Shown in pieces: positions 1-8,900 of a stretch of 26,213 nucleotides of DNA. A program made the translations under genes and the position numbers. A model generated the notes under the pieces. The model did no database searches, was not told the DNA's origin, and worked only from the letters and a program-made list of their open reading frames with translations. The first letter of the stretch is position 1. Each line of letters begins with the position of its first letter. Origin of the DNA: a virus (taxonomy: Duplodnaviria; Caudoviricetes); IMG/VR virus record IMGVR_UViG_3300012936_000141, positions 1-26,213 of that record; one strand, 5' to 3'.

Positions 1-1
1 A

Positions 2-358
2 CCACCAATTAATGTATTTTGGGATTTTTTAAAAAACCTAAAAGACTTGGTTGTTTCAGTTAAAATTGAAAGTGCTAAGGCGTGCCATAACGGTAACGTC
101 TTAGCACAAATTTCAAACTCAGAATTCAAAGTTAAAGACGAAGAAGGCAACGTAGGCATTTGTAAACTTGTTGAAAAAAACACAAATGAATTACAAGATA
201 ATGAAATGTCATTATCGGGGTTGGTTTTAGAATCAAGTGCTTGGGTTTTTATAAAAGAAATTATTGATACTATAATGAAAGATTTTGTAAATATAAAGTA
301 TAACTGGGAAGTTGATGATGATTCATCTCAACGCATAGTTTTACTAAAAGGTATATAG
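2..358 (+). CDS. Hypothetical phage protein, probably 5'-truncated
   Basis: The ORF track starts it at TTG 47, but the frame is open back to position 2 (PPINVFWDFLKNLKDL...) and no SD precedes 47. The true start probably lies upstream of the window. TAG stop at 356-358, one base before the next ATG. Confidence 0.7.
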   Translation, partial: PPINVFWDFLKNLKDLVVSVKIESAKACHNGNVLAQISNSEFKVKDEEGNVGICKLVEKNTNELQDNEMSLSGLVLESSAWVFIKEIIDTIMKDFVNIKYNWEVDDDSSQRIVLLKGI

Positions 359-359
359 A

Positions 360-1328
360 ATGGCACAGTTTTTACAAACAAACGGTGATTACACTATTAG
401 AACAAGCGAAGGTGGTACAATTACATTTGATACCGGCCCTAGAATTGGTCAAGTTAATGTAACTGGAAACTTAGTTGTTGAAGGTGATACTTTAACAGTA
501 TCTGCTGAAAACTTAGATGTTCAAGATAATATTATTAGATTGAACGTTGGTGAAACTGGTCCAGGTGTATCTTTAAGATATTCAGGTTTAGAAATTGACA
601 GAGGAACACAAGATCCTGCAAGTTTTTACTTTGATGAAAATGATGACAGTTTCAATCTTGTTATAGGATCTGTTGAAGGCGGAGTTGTAAATTACAGTTC
701 TAGTAATTTAAGATTAAGACAAATTTCAACCAATCCAGACACAGACAGCGGAGACCTTACCTTAATAGGTACAGGCAGTGGTGTTGTAAAAGTTTTAGGT
801 ACAACAAACTATGAACAACAGATTACAGATGACGACGATATCCCAAATAAAAAATATGTAGACGACAGTATTAGAGATAATCCAACATTCCAAATTATTG
901 ATGATAATACGAGAGTCATTATTACAGAAAAAGATGTAGCAGGATCTGAAACATATTTGTCAGACGAAACTGGTTACAGTACATTTGGTGAAAGCGGAGT
1001 TAGTGTAATTGTTGACGGAATTTTAAATACACAATATTTTGTTAATAGAACTGTAATTCAAGATATTGAAATATCAGGAAATGAATTAACTAACAACGAT
1101 ACTAATGCTAATATATTTTTAAGAACACAAGGTACTGGTAGAGTTCAAACTAATTATGGGTTAGAACTAGAAAGTATTTCTACTACACCTGCATATGTTA
1201 CAGATGCAATAACACTGTATTCAAATGCACCTTCTGTAGGAAAGAGCGGAGTTTTCTTTACACACGCTACTAGCACAGATGAACTGATAAGTAAGAATAG
1301 AGCATTATTATTTGGAATGATATTTTAG
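360..1328 (+). CDS. Virion structural protein (baseplate/tail-fibre-like), 322 aa
   Basis: Contains the motif GNLVVEGDTLTV..LDVQDNIIRLN.GE.G.G....SGLEIDRG and a PNKKYVD motif, both typical of fibre/baseplate proteins of T4-like aquatic phages. T/D/G/S-rich, with a hydrophobic C-terminus (RALLFGMIF). Confidence 0.7.
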   Translation: MAQFLQTNGDYTIRTSEGGTITFDTGPRIGQVNVTGNLVVEGDTLTVSAENLDVQDNIIRLNVGETGPGVSLRYSGLEIDRGTQDPASFYFDENDDSFNLVIGSVEGGVVNYSSSNLRLRQISTNPDTDSGDLTLIGTGSGVVKVLGTTNYEQQITDDDDIPNKKYVDDSIRDNPTFQIIDDNTRVIITEKDVAGSETYLSDETGYSTFGESGVSVIVDGILNTQYFVNRTVIQDIEISGNELTNNDTNANIFLRTQGTGRVQTNYGLELESISTTPAYVTDAITLYSNAPSVGKSGVFFTHATSTDELISKNRALLFGMIF

Positions 1329-1338
1329 AGGAAAAAAG

Positions 1339-1716
1339 ATGATTACAAGCACTTTAGTTACATCTACAGACGTTACAGTTCCAACAAAAGTTTTCACTAG
1401 TTCAACAACTGGTGCTGCTATTGGAGGTGCTGTTACAGGTCAAACTAATGCAGTAACAACTATTGCATTATGTAATACAGGCACAGTAGATCTAACAGAT
1501 GAAACATCAAACTCTGTGAACGTAACGATCCACTTTGTAAAAAGCGGTTCATCAGCATCTGCTGCAAATACTATAGTAAGTAATTTAATAGTACCTGCAG
1601 GAGAAACAGTATTTTTCAGTGATGAAAAAATGATACTAGATAGCGGTGACGAAATTTGGGTAGGTACAAGCACAGGAAATTTGATTGCGATTACTGTTAG
1701 TACTTTACCTGTATAA
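1339..1716 (+). CDS. Small beta-rich putative virion protein (paralog of 5289-5621 and 19174-19494)
   Basis: SD GAGG upstream. The pattern TTIALCN...V.VTIH....IVSNLIVPAGET....EKMILDSGDEI.V is shared with the two other small ORFs. Confidence 0.7.
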   Translation: MITSTLVTSTDVTVPTKVFTSSTTGAAIGGAVTGQTNAVTTIALCNTGTVDLTDETSNSVNVTIHFVKSGSSASAANTIVSNLIVPAGETVFFSDEKMILDSGDEIWVGTSTGNLIAITVSTLPV

Positions 1717-1727
1717 GGAGATTGTAG

Positions 1728-2282
1728 ATGAAATTTTTGAAAGGACAAAATACAAGCAAATACAGTCCGTCAGATAACGCATTCTTCGTTAATCAATACG
1801 GTCGTGCAGTAATGGATGTTACTGGCGGCTTAATGGTTCCTAAAGGAACAACAGCACAACGACCTTACACAACAGCAGATGTCAGACACGGTGCTATTGG
1901 CGAAACTGATACAAGTAAAATTGCCAATGGTTATTTTAGATTTAACACACAAACTGAAGAATTTGAAGGTTACATTAACGGAAGATGGGAAACTGTAAGA
2001 GCAGCAGGTGCTTCAACAATTTCAATTGAAACTTTTGGTCCAGGTGATGCAACAGAAACAGTCTTTGGACCTTTAACAAATGTTCCGGCAAGTGCAAACA
2101 ATATTATTGTTTTAGTAGAAAACGTTATGCAAATTCCAACAACAAACTTTACATTAGAACAGAGTAGTGGTGGTAGTTTATCAGGACCTAATTCACCTTA
2201 CGCAGACGGTTGGTATTTAAAATTTACAAGTCCTGTTCCTTTTAGTAAAAATGTAACAGTATTTTTTGGATTTGCCAACTAG
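1728..2282 (+). CDS. Virion structural protein (fibre/baseplate-associated), 184 aa
   Basis: SD AAGGAG. Has the VPKGTTAQRP...GYFRFNT...FEGY..GRW fibre motif and a C-terminal GD..ETVF...IIVLVENVMQIP..NFTL...LKFTSPVP..NVTV domain of the kind repeated in T4-like baseplate proteins. Confidence 0.7.
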   Translation: MKFLKGQNTSKYSPSDNAFFVNQYGRAVMDVTGGLMVPKGTTAQRPYTTADVRHGAIGETDTSKIANGYFRFNTQTEEFEGYINGRWETVRAAGASTISIETFGPGDATETVFGPLTNVPASANNIIVLVENVMQIPTTNFTLEQSSGGSLSGPNSPYADGWYLKFTSPVPFSKNVTVFFGFAN

Positions 2283-2292
2283 GAGGAAATAG

Positions 2293-4104
2293 ATGGCTCA
2301 ACTAGGGCGAATAGGTGGACATCTTTTAAACTCTACATTGGCTAGAGAAGGTGTTGACTTATCATTTAAAAATACTACATTTGATTCTGATCCAATATTA
2401 TATTTTGATGTCAATCAAAACAGAGTTGGTATTAAAACTGATGCACCTGCATACGACCTAGACATTCAAGTAGACGGCACGTCTACAGTTTTTAACGCAT
2501 CTAGTCAAGCAAAAATTGATAACATATTAATCAATGCAGATGGTAATTTCAGCACTGTAGTTGGTCCTATATATCTAGAACAACCACAGACCATTTTTAA
2601 CACATCAAATACTATGACTTCACGAGGTACCTCAGTATCACTAGTCAGCGGACTGAATGATGGTGACATTAATTGTTATCAAGGACGATTATGTACTATT
2701 AATGATGACTTTGCTGCAACACTGTCTTTAAACGACACAGTGTATGTTAATGATACAGCAGGAAATCCTTTGTTTGGATTTCAACTTACAAATTCAGTAA
2801 CTCCTGCGCAGCCTTATTCAAAGGGTTCAACATTTAATTTCTATGTTAACCCTATAGTTAATACAACTATTGTTTATCCACCAAGTTTAGTAGGACTATC
2901 AAGTGGAAGTGCTTCCAGAACTCTTGTACAAAATTACTGGGATGCAAATATATCAGATGGAACACAAGTTATTCTTTCAATAGGTGAATACCCTGGAGAT
3001 CCAAGATTTACATTTGATAGATTAGAATCAGATGATTTATATATTACTGATAATATTATAGGATCAAAACTTTCAAATACACCTGTAACACTACAAGCAT
3101 CCGGTACAGGCACTGTAGAAGTTATTGCTAATATGAATATTGACGGCGACTTAGGTGTTACTGGCAATATGACTATAGATGGTAACCTTTTAAAATACGG
3201 AAACATAATTTTAGGTGATGAGTTATACAATCCAGATACTGGATTAGGTGATACTGTTGAGATTATACCTGATTTAACACAACACATTGTACCAGGTGAC
3301 GATCTAGCATACGAATTTGGCAGACAAGCAGAAGACAGTTCACCTCGTAGGTGGTCAGAAATGCATACACCCGATCTAACAAATGTAGGAACTAACAGAC
3401 CAAATGCTGCTAAAGTAAGTGATCAGTTGTGGGCTAACGGTGTAACCAATGAAATATTTGCATTACAATCAAATGACGATATTAACTTGTTACCTGATAC
3501 AGGAATAACATTTATTGAAAGTTCAATTAAGATTGAAAACAACGATTTAACAAATTTAATTAATGATCCTGTAAGATTGCGTAATACAGGTATTGGTTAT
3601 GCAAAATTTATGGGTACAAATGCAATGAAAATTCCAGCAGGAAATGATGCAACACGCCCAGCAAATTTAGGAACACCAGTTGCTCCTGAACTAGGAGACA
3701 CTAGATGGAATACTGATTCACAAAGACTTGAGTGTTTTAACGGTTCAGTTGAAAATATAACATACACAAGTGGTGTTGTTGGTTCTTTACCTGATCAAGT
3801 TACAACTACTTCAGGTTTAACAACCAGCGGATATGGATCAGATTTACAAATGAGGCTCACTATTGTAAGTGGCAGCATAACAATTATAGAAATTCTTAAT
3901 GAAGGTAAAGGATATCTAACAAGCGATACAGTAACAGTGCCCGGAAACATATTTTTGGGTGGTGCAACACCAGGCAATGATCTTACATTTACAGTAGGTG
4001 CTCAAACCGACGATGGTTATAGAGTTGCTACTGGTGGTGGTGCAGAAGTAGACGTGAATCTTATGGAAGATTTAGGTAACGAATACAGCCTTATCCTCGG
4101 CTAA
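2293..4104 (+). CDS. Tail-fibre-like structural protein, 603 aa (paralog of 4220-5284, with two insertions)
   Basis: SD AGGAGG. The N-terminus LGRIGGHLL...VDLSF...LYFDVNQNRVGIKTDAP..DLDI matches the next gene. Has GDLGVTGNMTIDG beta-repeats, an IPAGNDATRP..LGDTRWNT motif and a C-terminal YSLILG. Confidence 0.75.
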   Translation: MAQLGRIGGHLLNSTLAREGVDLSFKNTTFDSDPILYFDVNQNRVGIKTDAPAYDLDIQVDGTSTVFNASSQAKIDNILINADGNFSTVVGPIYLEQPQTIFNTSNTMTSRGTSVSLVSGLNDGDINCYQGRLCTINDDFAATLSLNDTVYVNDTAGNPLFGFQLTNSVTPAQPYSKGSTFNFYVNPIVNTTIVYPPSLVGLSSGSASRTLVQNYWDANISDGTQVILSIGEYPGDPRFTFDRLESDDLYITDNIIGSKLSNTPVTLQASGTGTVEVIANMNIDGDLGVTGNMTIDGNLLKYGNIILGDELYNPDTGLGDTVEIIPDLTQHIVPGDDLAYEFGRQAEDSSPRRWSEMHTPDLTNVGTNRPNAAKVSDQLWANGVTNEIFALQSNDDINLLPDTGITFIESSIKIENNDLTNLINDPVRLRNTGIGYAKFMGTNAMKIPAGNDATRPANLGTPVAPELGDTRWNTDSQRLECFNGSVENITYTSGVVGSLPDQVTTTSGLTTSGYGSDLQMRLTIVSGSITIIEILNEGKGYLTSDTVTVPGNIFLGGATPGNDLTFTVGAQTDDGYRVATGGGAEVDVNLMEDLGNEYSLILG

Positions 4105-4117
4105 TCTTTACATTTGG

Positions 4118-4124
4118 CTAAATA
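4118..4124 (+). promoter_or_regulatory. T4-type late promoter core (cTAAATA)
   Basis: GGCTAAATA sits in the 115-bp intergenic gap and matches the TAAATA core of the T4 gp55-dependent consensus TATAAATA. The same core recurs at 11552 and 23136. Confidence 0.65.
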
Positions 4125-4130
4125 ATATTG

Positions 4131-4203
4131 TTAATGCCGACCAAGCATTAATCTTTTACTGTGGTTAGCCCGCAATGTAAGGTGGCTAGAGGGACAGGAT
4201 CCC
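4131..4203 (+). other. Structured 5' leader RNA (candidate cis-regulatory element)
   Basis: Perfect 7-bp hairpin TTAATGC/GCATTAA at 4131-4151. Second stem TTTTAC-TGTGG/CCGCA-AT-GTAAGG at 4154-4182. TAGCC 4166-4170 is complementary to GGCTA 4184-4188. GGGA/TCCC at 4191-4203. The segment is GC-rich relative to its surroundings. Confidence 0.55.
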
Positions 4204-4219
4204 CGGTTGAGGAGTAAGA

Positions 4220-5284
4220 ATGGCGATTGGTCGTATAAGTGGGCCGCTCTTGAAAGCAAATCTGGTTAGAGATAACGTTGATTTGTCTTTTAGAAATGGA
4301 GCAAGTGACCCTGATATTTTTTACATAGATGTAAGCAACGCTCGTATAGGTGTTAATACATCATCTCCTACAACTGACTTAGACGTAAATGGCACTGCTC
4401 GTGCAACAACCTGGAGAGTAGACAATCAAATAGATGTAGGTAATATACATATTACCGGCAATACTATTTCTAGTGATACAACACTTGGATTTGCGCCTTC
4501 AGGAAGTGATCCTGTAGTGTATAATTCAAAATTAGAAGTTGACGACATTCAGATTACTGAGAACAAGATTTCAACTATCAACAGTAATGTTAACTTAGAA
4601 ATTAGACCAAATGCAGCAGGTACTTTAGAAGTACTATCAACTACAAATGTTACAGGTAATTTAAACGTTACAGGTAATGCAACAATTGACGGTGATGTTA
4701 CTATAGGTGGTAATATAACAATTGGTGATGCACTTACTGATTCTATTACAATTAATGCTGCGATTAAAAGTGATTTAATACCAGAACAAGATAACACATA
4801 TGACTTAGGTTCGCCTACATTTAGATGGAGAACTATGTATGTAAATGATGTGTTTGCTGACACTTTAAATGTTCCAACACTAGATGTTGGCGATTTAATG
4901 TTTAGAGACAACGAAATTACTACAACCACAGGATTAGATCTACACATTGACGGTAATGGTGTAGGTGGTGTAAGACTAGCAAATTTTAAATTTGCAGGAA
5001 ATGTGATAACTAATGTTAGTAACAATGCAATTACACAGATTGCGCAGACAGGCACTGGGTACTTTAAAATTGATACTAATAATGGTTTTGTTCCTCCTAG
5101 AGGATCAGATGCAGAAAGACCAACAGCGTATGCAGTGTTAGGAATGTTAAGATTTAATACTAACTCTAAAGCGTTAGAAATATGGGACGGTGCATCTTGG
5201 AGTTCACCAGCAGGTGCTTCAGGTGCTGTTTCAGAAATTACAGCAAATGATATTGCAGCATCATTTGCATTAATGTTAGGATAA
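4220..5284 (+). CDS. Tail-fibre-like structural protein, 354 aa
   Basis: SD GAGGAG. MAIGRISGPLLKANL N-terminus, RIGVNTSSP..DLDVNG motif, VTGNLNVTGNATIDG repeats, DNTYDLGS..FRW motif, PRGSDAERP...GMLRFNT motif, and a hydrophobic end FALMLG. Confidence 0.75.
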   Translation: MAIGRISGPLLKANLVRDNVDLSFRNGASDPDIFYIDVSNARIGVNTSSPTTDLDVNGTARATTWRVDNQIDVGNIHITGNTISSDTTLGFAPSGSDPVVYNSKLEVDDIQITENKISTINSNVNLEIRPNAAGTLEVLSTTNVTGNLNVTGNATIDGDVTIGGNITIGDALTDSITINAAIKSDLIPEQDNTYDLGSPTFRWRTMYVNDVFADTLNVPTLDVGDLMFRDNEITTTTGLDLHIDGNGVGGVRLANFKFAGNVITNVSNNAITQIAQTGTGYFKIDTNNGFVPPRGSDAERPTAYAVLGMLRFNTNSKALEIWDGASWSSPAGASGAVSEITANDIAASFALMLG

Positions 5285-5288
5285 TAAG

Positions 5289-5621
5289 ATGCCAACAGTA
5301 TTTAAAAACCAAGTAGTAAACAGTATAGGAACAACACCTGTAGATGTGTTACAGATTCCTGAAGGTGTAAGAGCAACTGTAGTAGGTTGTAATCTTTCAA
5401 ATCTTTCAGACTTTGATACTGTGATTGTAAATGTATATATTATTGATGAAAATTCAACACAAGGAAGTTACTTACGTTCTGTACCTATCCCGCCCGGCTC
5501 TAGTGCAAAGGTAGTACAAAACGGAGAACGTTTGATTTTACCTGCAACGGCAGGTTTACGAATAAACAGCGACACTGAAGATAGTGTTGACGCAACAATT
5601 AGTTACGTGGAGATATCATAA
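5289..5621 (+). CDS. Small beta-rich putative virion protein (paralog of 1339-1716 and 19174-19494)
   Basis: Pattern ATVVGCNLSN...V.VYI....YLRSVPIPPGSS..V..GERLIL....L.I.S...VDATISYVEIS. Its stop overlaps the next start (TAATG). Confidence 0.7.
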   Translation: MPTVFKNQVVNSIGTTPVDVLQIPEGVRATVVGCNLSNLSDFDTVIVNVYIIDENSTQGSYLRSVPIPPGSSAKVVQNGERLILPATAGLRINSDTEDSVDATISYVEIS

Positions 5622-5986
5622 TGGCAAGTCCTTATTACTTTGGTCAAGATCCTAATAACGCACTAGGTGATTCGCCTAGATATTTTTATGCTATTAGAAG
5701 AGACGTTGACGGACAATTATATTTTTTAAGAAGCGATCAGTTATCAGGTAAAGAAACTATTGATATTAATTTACCTGGTCCACCTGAACAGACATTTGAA
5801 GATTTTGAGCCTGGTATTGATTATTTTGAAGGTATTGCTGCTGATCACGAAAGCAATTATGAAAATATGAAGTATCCTCAATATAAGTGGGACCAAAGAA
5901 GTATATTATATTACATTGACGATGAAGGAATGTTAGTACAAAGAGTTAATCAAAATTACGACTATCCGACAGGGATTTCAAGTTAG
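5621..5986 (+). CDS. Hypothetical phage protein, 121 aa (Tyr/Asp-rich)
   Basis: GGAG SD and a TAATG overlap with the previous gene. Motifs RYFYAIRR..DGQLY and YPQYKWDQRSILYYIDDEG.L. No function recognisable; it lies inside the structural module. Confidence 0.7.
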   Translation: MASPYYFGQDPNNALGDSPRYFYAIRRDVDGQLYFLRSDQLSGKETIDINLPGPPEQTFEDFEPGIDYFEGIAADHESNYENMKYPQYKWDQRSILYYIDDEGMLVQRVNQNYDYPTGISS

Positions 5987-5995
5987 GAATAAGTT

Positions 5996-8900
5996 ATGGC
6001 AGAGTGGAAAATATCAAGAATACGTTATACCTGGAAAGGTACTTGGACAACAGCAACATCTTACAATAAAGACGATGTAGTTTATTTTGGTGCTAGTTCT
6101 TATAGTTGTATTAGACAGCATACCAGTACAGATTTTAATGACGATCAAGCATATACACCTCCAGGTGATACACTAGCGACACCTGCTTGGAGTAAAATGA
6201 CAGACGGTTACTCATATTTAGGTAACTGGGCAACTGCTACTGTTTATGGTGCAGGTTCAATTGTAAAACAAGGTGGTTATTTATGGTTGTGTGTTACAGG
6301 ACATACTTCACAAACAAATTTAGAAGACGATCAATCTAAATGGGCAATTTACGCTACAACAATAGATTGGGATGGCGCTTGGACACCAAACACTAGATAC
6401 GGTGTTGGTGACTTAGTAAAATACGGCTCGACAGTTTACAAATGTATTATAGGACACACATCAACAGCCGATGATGCAACAGGTTTAGAACCAGATTTAG
6501 ACCAACAAGATTCATCTGCGGCAAAATGGGAAGTTTATGTACAGGTAAAAGGTTATGTAGGCGATTGGGTAGATGGATATAGATACAAATATAATGACTT
6601 AGTATCATACGGAGGATCTATTTTAAGAGCGACTGTTGGACACACAGCAAGTGGAAATCTAAACAGTGCAAATTTTGAAACAGAAGTTCCTGGAAATAAA
6701 GTTAGAGGTGACTGGGATACTACTGTTTACTACGCAGTAGGAGACGTTGTTCAACACGGTGGATATGTTTTCCAATCATTAACAAACAATAACGGTAATA
6801 ATCCTAGTGATTCAATTTATCAAGTAAGTGGCACACCACACTGGGCAATTATACAAAAAGGTGTTAGACTCGCAGGCAATTGGTCAGCGAGTGGACAATA
6901 CAAAACAGGTGATGTTGTAGTAAGAGGTGGTTACACTTATGTAGCATTATTAGATACAACAGCAGACGGAAGTTCTTTAGATTACTTAGACGCTGGTAAC
7001 TGGGACATTATAGTTCCTTCAATAAGTTGGAAAAATGCCTGGGCAGAAAATTTAACTTTTGCAGTAGGCGACGTAATCAGTTATAGAGGTAGCGCATACA
7101 AATGTAATTTTGAACACGTGTCAACATCACAAAACTTTCCAGGAGATAACGGCGAAGGTTTCAATTATTGGGATACTTTACTAGAAGGTACAAGTCAAGC
7201 AGGATTAGTTGCACCAGGTGATCTTTTAACATTTGGTAAATCAAGATCTAATGTTGGTGATGGATCAACACTAGGTGCTACCAATGTTCCAATTGGAACA
7301 CAAGGAAACTTGTTAACTGTGCAAAATGATGATACTTTGCAATATGAAAAGTATGGTATATCACAAAAATTTATTTCAGTTGATCCTATAGCAGGTGTAG
7401 ACGATGTAGACGATCCTGACGTAGGTGTTGATCCTAACAAACCTTGTAAAACAATTAAATTTGCTTGTGAACTTGCAGATGACGGACAAGATACTCATAA
7501 AACAATTAATGTAAAAACTGGACTTTATTTTGAAATACTTCCAATTACAGTTCCTAAGAAAACTGCAATTGTAGGCGATGAATTAAGAAGTGTTACTATT
7601 AAACCTGCTCCTGCAATTTATACAAGTGCAGATTTACCAGACAGACAAAGAATGATAACACACTTAAAGTCAATTTTAAGAAGTATTGTTACAAATCAGG
7701 TTATTACAAAAACACCAAGCAATGCTGAAAATCAAGTTTTTGTCATTGACAGAGAAGTAACTACCGGTGGTGAAGGTGTTGAAGAAGAACAAGTAGTTGA
7801 AACACCTATTTTTGGTGATACAGGAACTGCTGATCAAATAGATACAAATCTTGATGAATTTATGCAATATGCAAATTACGCTGTTGCAGGAACAGGAGTT
7901 GCTCCAAGTTACAGAGGTAGCAACAACATCATTACAGATGAAACAGATTTAAACGGTGTTAGAGCAATACTTGCAAACAAAAACTTTGCAGCAGCAGAAA
8001 CTATCGCTTATATGAAGACATATTTTACAGAGTATGCAATTAATGAAACAGATGTTATTGCAGATGTTAAACGTTATATTGATGCATTAGGATATGATAT
8101 TCAATACACAGGAAATTACAAAACTTACAAAGAATCAATTTTTTATAGCAACAAATGTAACGGAAGCGATAGAACAGATATGTTCTATGTAAGAGATGCA
8201 TCTGGCGTGAGAAACTGTTCAATCCAAGGATTGACTGGAACACTTAATCCGCCTAACGTTTTTGATCAGTATCAAAGACCAACAGGACCAAATTATGTAT
8301 CACTAGATCCAGGTTGGGGACCAGATCATCAAGAATGTTGGATTATGACACGTTCTCCTTACATTCAAAACGTTACCACATCAGGTACTAATTGTACAGG
8401 ACAAAAAATTGACGGAGCTCTACACAACGGAGGTAACAAATCAATCGTATCAAATGACTTTACACAGGTTATTTCGGACGGTATTGGTGCTCACGTATTA
8501 AACAACGGTAGAGCAGAACTTGTATCAGTGTTTACATATTACGCACAGGTAGGTTACCTAGCAGAAAATGGTGGTGTTATAAGAGCTACAAACGGTAACT
8601 GTTCATATGGATTTATCGGCGCACTAGCAGATGGTACTGATCCAAGTGAAACACCTATTAATGCAACAGTCAATAATAGAACACAACAGGCAATAGTTAC
8701 AAGTGCTTTCGCAGGTGAAGTAAATGATTTTATTTTAGCATTTGAATTTGCAAACTGTGGTCAAAATTACACAGAAGCGCAATATAATGTTGTTGGTTCA
8801 GGTACAGGTCTTGATGTTGTACAAGAAGAATTTAGAGACGACTCTATGTTTGAAGCAAGAATTGTAACAGGTGATGCTTCAGCAGCAGCAGGTGGAGGCG

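Noticed and set aside
2587-2994. Intein or intron as the explanation of the in-frame insertions
   Set aside because: No Cys/Ser start, no His-Asn end, no LAGLIDADG/HNH motifs, and the frame is continuous. The same holds for the inserts in protein B.
4131-4203. tRNA or known riboswitch
   Set aside because: No cloverleaf, T-loop or CCA end, and no aptamer consensus I recognise. Kept only as an unassigned structured leader.
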